A stretch of 64,000 bases of DNA. Source: Octopus bimaculoides (taxonomy: Eukaryota). The position numbers and the translations under genes are program-made. Position 1 is the stretch's first letter; every line of letters starts with the position of its first letter. The notes under the pieces were generated by a model. It was not told the origin of the DNA. It saw nothing but the letters and a program-made list of their open reading frames with translations, and ran no database searches. The stretch covers positions 30,517,063 to 30,581,062 of the forward strand of contig NC_068991.1 in NCBI RefSeq assembly GCF_001194135.2. The letters are read 5' to 3'. Below, piece by piece: positions 11,838-26,016 of this stretch.

Positions 11838-12190
11838 GGCGGTGAGTTGGCAGAAACGTTAGCACGCCGGACGAAATGCTTTGCGATATTTCGTCTGTCA
11901 TTACGTTCTGAGTACAAATTCCGCCGAGGTCGACTTTGCCTTTCATACTTCGGGGTCGATAAATTAAGTACCAGTTACGTACTGGGGTCGATCTAATCGA
12001 CTGGCCCCCTCCCCAAATTTCAGGCCTTGTGCCTATAGTAAAAAGGATTATTATTATTTCCGCCGAGTTCGACTTTGCCTTTCATTCTTTCGGGGTCGAT
12101 AACATACGTACCAGTTATACACTGGGGTCGATATAATCGACTAGCTCTCTCCCACAAAATTTCAGGCCTAGAAAGGATTATTATTGTCAT
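11585..12190 (+). mobile_element. Train of three SINE family A copies separated by (ATT)n
   Basis: Decayed copy at about 11585-11770, well-preserved copy at 11836-12058, and 5'-truncated copy at 12059-12190. Confidence 0.85.
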
Positions 12191-12647
12191 TATTCTTATT
12201 GTTGTTGTTGTTGTTGTCGTCGTTGTTGTTGTTGTTGTTGTTGTCGTTGTTGCTGGTGTAGTTATTCAACTAAAAATATTGCTAATTAACATCTTATGGC
12301 AAGAACAAGCTTATATCACTTGTTTAAGTCACACTTTGGCAGTGCACCGTGTGTTTTGATAATGATTATAAAACCAGCTGTATGCCTAAATGATCAGATG
12401 TGTGTGTGTGTCTGTGTGTGCGTACGTGCAGGCGCGTGTGTGTGTTATATTAGCGTATGTACACTTGTAAGTGTATAGATACGCACGCACACATACAATT
12501 GTATATACATGTACATAAATGTACACGTGTAAATATATATATATATACATTGTTGAGGCTAATGTCATTGTTGTTGTTTGGGATTACTGTAACATTCTTA
12601 AATCTTTTGTCGATATACGTAGTACTTACACATATATTCAAATGTGA

Positions 12648-12692
<45 letters not shown>

Positions 12693-12699
12693 GATGTAC

Positions 12700-12758
<59 letters not shown>

Positions 12759-15426
12759 CACACACATATCAATGTTGTATGAGTGTATGCATGTATGTAT
12801 GTATGTATGTATGTATGTATGTATGTACAAGGTAGTCCTACTCATTGCTATATAAAGAAGTGGAGAAATAGTAACTAGGCTATCAACTCGGAACCTCGTC
12901 AATGACATAATGGTCACTGAACTCATTATTGTGTACGGAATGTATGCAGCTACATTTCTGCTGATATTATTATGCCCCATATTCAACTATTTACATATAC
13001 ATACATACATGTATGTATGTATGTATGTATGTATGTATGTATGTATGTATGTATGTATGTATGAAAGAAAGAGACAGAACTGTGTGTTCTTGTATAGTGG
13101 CGATTGGGAAAAGTAATCATTTTATGTTGACAAACAGGGAGATAGAGAGATACATATGTTATTGAACTAATTCAAATTTACTCTGAAAATGATTAAATAT
13201 ACAAGTGTAAAAATCATACTCTGATGCATTGTTTGTTTACATCATTATATTCGTCATATATTTTATGATAATTAAATATTTTGTTTTAAATGTTGCATAG
13301 TTTTTTAGATAAAACAATGTGATACACCTTTTATATATATTTATGCATACATATAACATTGTATATTCTTGTAAAAGTTCCATATTTTAAATTGCAAATT
13401 ATGTTTTAAACGTTTTATATCTTACAAATAGGAAACGTGTTAGAAATGTTTTGTATTCTTAAATATTTGTATGTTTGTTATAGTTTTATAGGCGTTTTAC
13501 AGATACAGAATATACTTTATGCTTTATAAGTGTACTCTGTTTTCTTGATATAAACTATTTTTAACGTTATGAAAATTAAACATATTTTATGTGTTAACTG
13601 TTATATATTTTAAAAATAGAAAACGGTTTCATGTTTAATACTTATTAAAGTGTTATTTTAGCATTATTTTATCTTATAACCTTTAAAATTACTTTCTAAT
13701 TCCAAAAGTTTTAACAGCAAATGCCATTGAGAATCCCTCTATGTAATAAAGGGTGCGTAAACATTTTAGTCTCGGGGTAGCATGTATAAGAAGCTGTGAA
13801 GTCAGGGTATATGTGATGAGAAAAATATTGTTTTAATTGATAAATTCATCGGTGTGCAGATGAAGACAGAATCCAACTGTAATTACTATGTTATAGTGTA
13901 TCAATTGAGCCAGTCATTAAAATAGCTTATAGACAGAAACACCAAGATGCTTCCAAGTATAGCTAGTAGTAAACAGAAGTCGAACCTCTCTGGTAAATAT
14001 GAACTTTTTTGCAAACTTGATAGCTCCTGGCTAAAATGAAAGTGTTGCGTTAATTTTACTTAATTAACACAACATGAATAATAAATAATAATTTATTTTG
14101 TAACTATATATGGAATGACAGCTTGCACAGTTTGGCTGAACGGGACATATTTCTACAACATATTCAAACAGATATATCCATTACATAATAGTGAACATTT
14201 CCATTTTTTTTCTGTTAAATTAATATAAATACATATATTGTAATATATTTGATTATGTTAAACCATGTAATAGTTTTCTTTGATGTGTACCCCAGTAAGA
14301 ACCAACATTTGTAACTAAATATTTTTAACTGTTTTGCTTCAGTAGGCTTCCCAACTCTGGTCACTGCCCTGATAGTTTAGTGGTTACTGACCCCAAATTC
14401 AAAATTACATTTTTGATTATGTAAATTCTTTTCATATATACATGAAGCGTTTGACCATGTACCCTTGCTTCGCCTGAAAACAGCACCATAATGGTAAAAT
14501 CGACCAACATCGAAATCCTTCAAAATTAAATTCTAAGTTAGTGAATATCCTATTGTTTACAAAGTGAATACATTATATTACCATTTTCATCAAATTCTTA
14601 TGCGCATTACACCTAAATTTTATTGGTGAATAAGAAAGAGACACACAATTAAGGGTTTAGAATCTAGTTAACAGTTCAGCAAGTTTACCTTGATTAAAGC
14701 AAAATGGTCTTTTTGAAATGTTACTTAAGATGGTGCATCGTCCATAGCCACACTGCTATGTTTTCACAGGGTGAAATGAGACCGTTTATTATTCCCTTGC
14801 TACCTTGTGTACACACAAAAGTTCTAACAGTTCTTTGCATTCCTTATATTCCATCAAATAACGATGTCGTCATTACATGTAGACGATCTGACTGAAAGTC
14901 ATTCACTCCACAGCGTTCCGGTTTCATTCCAGAATAAACGACAACATTCATGTCCAAACAATCATTCAACTTCCTCTTTAGGTCACATCATTTCTAACAT
15001 TGTTTAAAATAAGACCACAAGAATTCTATAAATAATTTCTAAATAATCATCTGGTCAACCTTTAGAGTAATGATTCAGTAGTTTCTCTGCTCAAACTTAC
15101 ACATGAATTCTATGATGGATCTTTGTGCAATGTAGGAAGTTAAGCAGAATGTAGAAAATAAATGGTAAATGATATATTGACTCGAGAAAGATAAAAAGGA
15201 GACGCAAAATGTGGAGGGATTCGAACTTAAAATATTTTGTGCCGCTATATCGTGTCTGATCGTTGCACATAACAATATTTAGGGCCAATGTCTTCAACAG
15301 GTCTCACCGAAGCTCAGTAAGCAAAATTGGTTAGCCTATTTTTGAATGTGTGTGTATATGGACAGATGTATGTATGTATGTATGTATGTATGTATGTATG
15401 TATGTATGTATGATATGGTATGTATG

Positions 15427-15458
<32 letters not shown>

Positions 15459-16056
15459 CAATGTTTTTGTGCATATGTAACTTCATCCTTGTCTAAGTTT
15501 AGCGGTGTAAAACGGTGTTATGCCCATTTGTATCAAATAGATGACTAAACAATCTGATAAATAAAATTCACTATTATGTGTACAAGATTGAAATATGTTG
15601 TTAATCGATGTGATCAATAAAAAACCATGGGATGTAGTCTTGCTCCAGCTTGACCACGATGAAATTAATGAATTCAGTTAAGGAATAAAGAAAGTCAAGT
15701 AATAATTACAAAAGACAGCCAGTCAGTGAAAAGATTTACTAGAGAGGTTTATGATTGGTGGATATTTAGACCAGCCTTTTCGTGTTGACTTTAAACCGCA
15801 TGACTATTTCGCCATTGTTTCCTCACAATCCAGCAGCGATAAAAGCCTGAGATTTAGACCAGCCTCCTGTGTAGCGAACAGACGTTCCCAGAGGAGCACC
15901 ATTGAATAAGAGCAATCTAGCAGGGATAAACTCACAGACGTGTAAGGGAGTAGAGCGAGGTTTTGTTGCTTAGAATACACCAGCAGTATTAATAAGTGGT
16001 TATTTGTGTGTGTGTGTGTGTGCTTACATATATACAAACACACAAATGTGTATGTG

Positions 16057-16171
<115 letters not shown>

Positions 16172-16378
16172 ATATATGAGTGTATGTGTGTGTGTACACA
16201 TATGCTCTTAGTAAAAATGCAATACAACATGCTGTGGTATAATGATTTTCATTTCCTCTCATCCCCTTTCTCTATATGTATTTCTCCCTCACTTCTATCC
16301 ATCTCTATATCTCACACTCTCTCATCGCCTTTAATCCATCTATCTAGATTCTATCTATCTACATATTTTTCCATTTAC

Positions 16379-16442
<64 letters not shown>

Positions 16443-16824
16443 CTAACTACCATTCCTCTTAAAACAATGTTATTTAATGAATAAACTGGCAAAGCGATAA
16501 TTAAAATACATCTCTGTATGTATATATATTCATAGAAGAATAGTGCGTACAATGAAGACATGTTGAACGCTTATACAATACAGAAAACAAAATATTCTCT
16601 CACTGATACGACACTCAGAGAATTGCAACTTTAACTAATTCTTCCACAGGGATAATCATTCAGTTGAATTTAAGTGAAATGAATTGATGTTCCATCACTT
16701 GGGGACTTAACCAATTTGTGAATTTATAAGTAGTCCTAAGTAAAATTTATTTATTTTCAACAATGCGCTATTAATGCTTTGTTTTGTCTTGTTTTCCCCT
16801 GAAAGTTACTGTGGTAAATGCGTG

Positions 16825-17050
16825 GGCTGTTGAGTGATAGAATCGGAAGTAAAACGCCCGATTCAAATGTAGAATTTATTGAGTTAGATTCTTTACATTC
16901 TGATTTCAAATGGCGCCGAGGTTGGTTTTGCCTTTCATCATCGTGGAGGTCGATAAGATAAAAGAGCGGTCAAGTACAGAGGTTCATATTTAATCGACGC
17001 TACCCCTCCCATGAAATTTTTAGCTTTGTGGCTCTACAAGAAATCATTAT
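16825..17050 (+). mobile_element. Diverged SINE family A
   Basis: gccgaggttggttttgcctttcatcatcgtggaggtcgataag...ttaatcgac..ccctcccc..aaattt followed by an ATT tail. Confidence 0.7.
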
Positions 17051-17413
17051 TACCCTAACAAATATTTAAACTCTAAAGAGATCAGCTAACATTTTAATTT
17101 GCCCCAGCCTCACCCGTCTCCGTTTACATTAACCTCTCATCAACACTATCAACAAACCCAATTTGGTACCTGCAATAAATGTCACTGGCTTGCCATACCC
17201 ATTACGTAGGAAAGTTGGAGATAGAAACCCAGCAAGTAAATCTAGAACACGTTGAAAATGATATCCTTGGTAAACTACGATGGATTCAACAGTCAGACAT
17301 CAACAATAGGAAAAACTCAACAATGACAACCAAAGAAACAAACAAAATAAAAACAATATAATTGTTTCCTTCGTGACGGAATCACTTTGAATCGAATTAT
17401 ACGGGATGAAGGA

Positions 17414-17460
<47 letters not shown>

Positions 17461-17960
17461 GAGAAAGAGCATGTGTGTGTGTATTATTTCTTTATTATTT
17501 ATTTTGTGCTTCATAAAATATTAAAGTACTCAATACACTGCTCTATGTTATAAATGACTACAGTATGATTATATGGTAATCATATGAAGTAAACAAGATT
17601 ATTAGCTGGTGGGTGTAATACTGTGCGAAAGGGCCAATAAGAGAGAAACCCTGGTTCGGATTGCACACGCACAGACACACACAAGTGCNNNNNNNNNNNN
17701 NNNNNNNNNNNNNNNNNNNNNNNNNNNNNNNNNNNNNNNNNNNNNNNNNNNNNNNNNNNNNNNNNNNNNNNNNNNNNNNNNNNNNNNNNNNNNNNNNNNN
17801 NNNNNNNATATGTAATATATGTTTACAGTTTTACACATATATGCATTATATCTTACCGCCGTAATTCGGTCATGTTTGATTCGTCTTCATCTATTTTGAT
17901 ACTGAAATTCTTAAATCGAAGAAGATATTTTTCTACGACAAATATGCCATTCACCGAGGA

Positions 17961-17996
<36 letters not shown>

Positions 17997-20441
17997 ACTC
18001 ATTGATGCGAAAAGGATAAGAAAACAAATGCTTCAAGAGGGTAAAGAAAATATGTTCAGTCTACTAGAAGTATATTTCGTATACAACACTTTTACAATTC
18101 CTCCTTTGCAGACATACATTTGGCCCTATGAATTAGTCGCTACAAAAACTTAACAAGATGGATGGAATGACTCGTAAACTATTGAAAATTTCTACACCAA
18201 CAGGGATGTAGACACGGTGTAAAACCTGTATTAACATTGTAACATACCCAGTAGAGAAAATAACTCAGCGACAATTACGTTCAAGGTTACAAATACGAAA
18301 TTAAAGAGACCATTAAGATAACTAAAGACATTATTAGGATAGTTAATTAGGATAGCGAATAACCTTGAGTAGATACATGAAATATAAGCTGACATATATC
18401 TCTCTCCAAAGGATATTGGAAAATCCTAGTTAAAACAGCAATATAAGAAGGTTGAACATGGATGCTTAACAAGAAAACCCGCTGGCCTCGAAGGTAATAA
18501 ACCATACTAATAACCTTGTATAAAACGCCAACTAGTTTACAACAGTTGGTCTTGAATTTATTTCTATGTTTCCCAGGAAGAAAAAATCTCCATCAGATAG
18601 TTTCTGTACAAAAGACAGAATTCATCAGCGAACAATATAGAAATATATATATATNNNNNNNNNNNNNNNNNNNNNNNTATATATAGGGATAAAGAAAACC
18701 AAAACTGAAGGCATTAACTATATAACTTCCAAATATGAAAGACTATTCTTCAGATGCTACTCCCCCACAAGAAATGATGTAGTAGCCAGAGATAGTTACA
18801 ATAGAATAAAGCTGATCAAACTAATGATGACCATAACAACCGCTAAATCCTCACAATATTGGTGGTACCTAAGAATGAAAACAGCAAACCAATTAAAATA
18901 AAATCGACTTGGCATTATCTGAGACTGCAAAATGAAATAATGTTCTGTTGTCAGATGTCTACTTGACATCAATGTGACGAGAAAAAAGAGGAGGAAGAAT
19001 ATGCAAACTCCTAACCCAAAAGTTACTTTCAGAGATGAAAACACACACACACACACATACACATACACACACGCACATGCGCATACATACATACATACAT
19101 ACATACAAATAGATTTTCCTATTAGAAAGACGCTAGGCAACAATCCAAGGAGAATCTGTGAAAAGTGTCTCAACTATTACTTCTGTGTCTGTTAGATGCT
19201 ACTGTTCAGACGATAGCCTTCTTCCATCAAAGGCCTTGTCAATGTCGTTGTCGACCTCCCTACTTCTGTTGCCACCATCATCGCCGCCATTTTTGTCTCT
19301 AATATTCTGTCGTTTGCGTCTTTTAAATTCATGACGTCGGATTTCTCTTGTCATCTGTACTGAGCTCTCGGTATTTATAGTTATTGTTTTTGTTGTTGTT
19401 GTTGTTGTAATACAGGTAAGTGGTTAGTCGTGGGTTTATTATGCCCGAGCTCTTACCGTATCATTCCATCAATGTCATGCTGAGAAGCTGACGGCCACAA
19501 AAGCCTCCATCTAAATGACCACCTTTTAGATGAGAAAGGTGTCCCCTTAAGATTTAATTAGAGTTCCGTAGACAGGTAGTGTATAACAACAACAACAGTG
19601 TTAGTAACAATAACTAACTTATCTGCAATATAAATAACAACCAAACATCAACTAGTTTGTTAAATATATTAAATGACAAAATGATAGCGACTTGAAGCGC
19701 CTTTGATCGTCGGTATGTTTAATCAAGGCTGACCAGGGGTTAAACAGCAACAACAACTATATATAACAACTATTTAGAAATACAACGAGGAGGCGGAAGA
19801 GGACGAGGAGTAGTTGTAGGAGGATAACGACTACTCCGATTACAAAGAAACAATAACACGCGCGCGTGTACGCTCACGCGCGCACGCAGTCACATCAAAA
19901 GTAGAAATTAACCATTCAAAATGTTAACATATTTATAATAAAACCCAAAAACTAATATGAGTGATCATCAAGAGAACGAATCACCCTCTCTCTCTCTCTC
20001 CGAGTATTTGTCTTCCATATTTATAGCAACCAGTGTTACATATGCAATAAATATTGGGGTAACAAAATACATTGAACGAACTGACCGACTATCACGCATG
20101 CGCATGAATAATTTATTCAATATAATCTTTATTCGAGTCTCTCCTCCCTCTATCTCTCCGTGTGTGTGTGTGTGCGCACGCATGTGTGTGGAGTGTGTTT
20201 GTGCGTCTTTGTATTTATGCACTCTGTCTATTCTGCTTACACTATATACACCGTGTTGTGTTACTCTCTACAATATCAACCAACGCAAGAGATATCACAG
20301 AAAATCGTTAATGCCACTGAGCGGTTGGTGGGTTTGCTAGTTGGATGTCGTATTGACTGTCTGATTGCCTGCCTGACTGCATGGCTTTGTTGGCTGAGTG
20401 ATTGACTGATGCATACACTGACACACGCACACAGATACATA

Positions 20442-20482
<41 letters not shown>

Positions 20483-22256
20483 GCAAACACAATTACACAT
20501 TATGTGAAGCGATATGAAGGCGTGGCCATTATTTAGCTGTTAGAGGCTGAGAGACGAACCAATAATACCAGCATTGGGGACCAACCAACTAGGAAACCTC
20601 AACGTAGTGAATTTCTTTACTAGAAATAACAGCTAAATCTCTTTCAAATCATGTTCCCGTGAATAATATAGTCCCACATACACTTTGTCTATAAGAAGTA
20701 GGGATTGTCACGTCTAGAAGACCTTTGTCCATAGGTTTCATCCATAAATAGTGGGTTTTCATCTATTAATAGTGGGTTGCCGGAGATTCTTCTGCGATTT
20801 TAACCCCCTTTTTTTTTTCAAGATATATTTCCGAATTCAAACTGCACTGGGATCAACTGTGCTTTTCATTCTTCCGAGATCGATACAATAAAGTAGCAGT
20901 CACAAAACTGGGGTAGATTTATTTACCTATAAAACATCCTGGATATGATTAGAATTATAATAGAAGATCACGGCTGATCTGGGGCTAAAGAACAATAACA
21001 ACGGACAGAGAAAGGAAAGCAAGAGATTTGCAATCGGAGAGGCAGGATATATCTGATTGAAACACTTTCTGATGGTTTTTATTGTGAATGATTATGTTTT
21101 GAGTTCAAATCCCACCACGTTCAACATTGTTTTTAATCTTCACCGGCTCCCTATAACAAGTATCCATCACAGTAATTAACTGTCGGTGTACTTCAATTAA
21201 TGACCCACTCTCCCCTTACTGATGGTACTCCTTCCCAATCGTTGATATTCCTCAGATGGTGGTACTCATCTCCCAATATGTTTCCATATACCAAATATAA
21301 GCCTCTTTAGTAGAATATTTAAAGATTTATTTGAGTGAGTCAGTGCATGTGTATGTGTATGCGTAAATGTGTGTTTTTGTGTGTTTGTGTATATATGTTT
21401 GCGTGTATGTGTGTGTGCATGCGTTTACGTGTGTGTTTATATACTGAGGAAAATTCATTATTTCTCAGATCCTTACTACAGACATCATAAACAACAAGAA
21501 CAACAAGAATTATATTGTTGATGATGTTAATTTGTTATATAAGTACAAAAATACGATAAATAGTGACGGGTGGATCTACAGATATTTTAACGAAATACTG
21601 AAGAATACAAGTTGAATCAGTTATGAATGTTTTTAAACCGGCATTCTACGATTTCATTACACTGAAAAACGTTCTTTGTATGTTACACTTAATCCGGTAT
21701 TCTACTACACTGCGATCTCATTCTATTAATAGACATAGACTTGTATGTTCTATTTAATCTTGGGTTCTATCAATTTTTATCATATCTCATTGCACTGATA
21801 ATTATTGACAAAAAAGCCGCACAATTAGAAAAAAATCTTCAATTTATTCCCTACATTTTAAATGTCTCCTGTATACATCTAGAATTGCTTAAATCCAAGG
21901 AAAATAATTTAAGAGAAGCAAATTTAAAATAAATTGTGAATCTCTAAGGTCTTCCCACCTGATAACTTTACAACATGTTTCATACGTATATTTATGATAC
22001 ATTTTACGTTGTTGAATATTAAAGGCTTGAAATCTACACAAGGCTTGAAATTTGCAGGAAGATTACATCGACCCCAGTACCCAGATGGTACCTCGACAGA
22101 AATAGAACCCAGCAAGTTAAAACGGAAAAAATGTTCGCATGTGCCTTTGTGCTGTCTGATGTTGACGGTAACAGATTACAAAAGATGACGTCACAGTTTC
22201 TATGTGTTTGCAATGCACACATCCACATAAATACATATACATACACACACGCACAC

Positions 22257-22321
<65 letters not shown>

Positions 22322-23349
22322 TCAAACAAGGTTGTATCTCTTTAAATTCACTTTTGTCACTTTTTCTCTGGAAAACGACCCTGTCCGAAACATTGGATTT
22401 TTCACTCCCCACAGCATGCTCATTATACACTTTTTGTTGAATTAGCCAAATAAATAATGTAAGTCTTGATGCAGTCTTGCCGAGTTGCATATAGAAATAA
22501 GAAAAATAGGATCTTAATATAGATATATAGCTAAGCATATTAAAGTTATAATTATATAAAAAATATAACTGATTGTAAGTTACTCATTAAAACTAAGAGA
22601 CACGATTGAGAAAATGTTCCAGCATAATGAACTAGCATTTCTACAAGAATATATTTTGTTTCAATAGGTTATAGGTTACGGTTCAACATATGTGTATATC
22701 CGTGTATACACGTACATTTGAATATATATTTGTGTGTATTTGTGCCTCTATATATAAACACACATACATATATACACACATACATATGTAAATACACATG
22801 AACATACAGTTATTTTACGCTCTTACACATACATGTTGTGTATGCGTGTGTATATATATATATATACTCATGCACACACACATGTATATGTGTATGTGTG
22901 TGTGCGTCCTACCGATCATATACCGCCCCACCTACACTGATTTAATCACATGAATTCACAGTATTCTGGAATATAATGATTTTAAAAGGTTTTGACAATC
23001 CTTTTTTGCTCCAGGAATGAGGAGGATATACTAAGAATTCTTAGACATGAAGCCATCCAGTAAATTTCTTTAAAATATATATATATAAAAAAAAAAATAA
23101 CACCAACAAATAAATTAATGATTAAGTTGAAATAAAAGTTTGCTCGAAACTGAAGCCCAATCCACATACATACTTATACAAGCACACGCACCTTATATGC
23201 ATACGTACGTACATACATGCAGACATACATACATGCATACATATATACATGCATATATAACTATATATGTACATATGGCTACGTATACATAAACATATAT
23301 ACATATACACAAACACACTTATATATATATGAATATATATAGAAATATA

Positions 23350-23383
<34 letters not shown>

Positions 23384-23783
23384 NNNNNNNNNNNNNNNNN
23401 NNNNNNNNNNNNNNNNNNNNNNNNNNNNNNNNNNNNNNNNNNNNNNNNNNNNNNNNNNNNNNNNNNNNNNNNNNNNNNNNNNNNNNNNNNNNNNNNNNNN
23501 NNNNNNNNNNNNNNNNNNNNNNNNNNNNNNNNNNNNNNNNNNNNNNNNNNNNNNNNNNNNNNNNNNNNNNNNNNNNNNNNNNNNNNNNNNNNNNNNNNNN
23601 NNNNNNNNNNNNNNNNNNNNNNNNNNNNNNNNNNNNNNNNNNNNNNNNNNNNNNNNNNNNNNNNNNNGAGAGAGAGAGAGAGAGAGAGAAAGTGTGTGAC
23701 AGAGAGAGAGTGTGTGTGTGTGTGTGTGTGTATATGCGCGTATGTGTGTTTGTACATATGTATGTACCTAATAGAATATATGG

Positions 23784-23826
<43 letters not shown>

Positions 23827-24453
23827 TATATATATACACAGACACATACATATACATATATATATACACACAAATATATATACATATATATATACGTATG
23901 TATATGTATGCATATGCATATACACATACATATACATACACAACAAGTACACTTACCTAAATATGATATTTCATGAAGGTGTGTTTTATGTGCTTATGTA
24001 TGTCTCTTTATACGTATGCATTTGTAGGTGATTGCGAATACTTTGTAAAATATAAATCTATATCCATGTATCCGCTATTCTATTCAGGTGTTTCCATATT
24101 CATAGACGTAGTTTAATTACATGCTTGAGAGAAAAGCTGTTCCATTGTCCCCCATATCTGCAAATATATGTGTGTTGGTGTGTGTGCTTATAATGTATGA
24201 ACTTATGTGTACGTGTGTATACATGCCAGTGTGTAATATTAAGAAATCCTGCGTCGATGTTTGACATATCAATTGCTAATATTAAACTGTTTAATATCGG
24301 ACTTATAACTATGCACAGAACGTATGCCCCTTGTTCATTATTTTGTCTTAAAGCCACAATCCTCGTCGAAGATAATTTTAATATTGAGAATATTAACATT
24401 CAAACCTTTGTTAGAAAATAACTTTTCTATCATTATTATTGTTATTAATCCCA

Positions 24454-24487
<34 letters not shown>

Positions 24488-25309
24488 GAAATAGAGGATA
24501 TTAGGAGTTTCCTTGAGGATGACTCAAAATACATACATATACACATATATGCATACACACGTACTTACATACATGTATGTCATCTATATACATTATACAA
24601 ATGCATACACAAATATATACACACACGTATATATCATTTATTTGTTTTTAAATTTATTCGTGGTGTAAATAAACCAGATAGTATAATTTGAAATGAATAA
24701 ATAGATACAAGTATACACACATATAAACAAATGTACATAGATATATATTTTCTAAACGCACACTCATACATGAACACACAACGACACACACGCTCACATA
24801 TACACTGACTGGAGTGAATATATTTTCATATATATACGTGACAGGAGACGTGTGCGTGTGTGTATGTGTGTGTGTGTGTGTGTGTGAATAAAATCGTTAC
24901 AACACTGTAGTTCTATATTGGTATATATTTTTACATGTTTACATGAAACGAGACAAGACGTCTATCAAAATTAACCGTCACGGAAACACATCCATCTGAA
25001 GAATGCACTATATACCATCAAATTTAAAGTCATAGAATACTTGTCATATTGATACACAACATGCAATACATATATTTATTGTGTCTATGTGTATGTATGT
25101 ATGTGTGTATGTATGCATGTATGTATATATGTATGTATGTATGCATGTATGTACGTATGTATGTATGTATGTATGTACGTGTTTCTATATATATATACAC
25201 ACACACACACACATATATATACATACGTATATATATGTATACGTATGTATGTATATACAAATGCTTACACATATGCATATATATATACGTATCTATATAC
25301 ATAAACATA

Positions 25310-25358
<49 letters not shown>

Positions 25359-25982
25359 AGGTATACACATTTGTATGTATATACATATATATATGCATGT
25401 GTGTACATACAAATACATATATATGTGTATGTGTGTGTATGGTAGCGTGCAAGACAGAGATGAGTATAAAAGATTTCCCTACAATATTGTAAACCATATA
25501 TACACAAACACATAGATGCACGCTTACATACAACCAAATGTGCATACTTACATACGAATATACATACCCGTATATGCATTTCTCATCTTCTCTACAAGTT
25601 TTAAACAAATGGATTTCCGAGAAAGTGATCATTATAAGTCGGTCTATAAGACAATCTTTTTATTTATCTACGCAACCAATGTTGATTGATTCATACTCTT
25701 TAATACCCTATATTAAGTATATTTTATCATTTAATGGCATAGTTATTATTCCCCAAATTGCATAGGTCAGTACAGATAGTTATATCGATTCTAGTAGATA
25801 GGTCTATCGACTTCTGAAGATTGGAAGATAAATTCGAACCAATCAGTATTTGAACGTTAGTGAAGACCACAGCACATTTTGAATGTACTTACACACACAC
25901 ACACGTGTATACACGCGTGCGCGCAAATACCATTTGGGTGGCGAAATATATTTATTCCCTTTAAAATATGTACAATTACGTA

Positions 25983-26016
<34 letters not shown>

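Noticed and set aside
19200-19380. Minus-strand peptide MNLKRRKRQNIRDKNGGDDGG... near a TATAAAT
   Set aside because: Only 44 codons, no compatible splice sites, and the TATA-to-initiator spacing is wrong.
19457-19510. Another 54-nt phase-2/2 open segment with AG and GTAAGA
   Set aside because: Weak acceptor, and the sequence resembles a decayed family D repeat. It shows that such candidates arise by chance.
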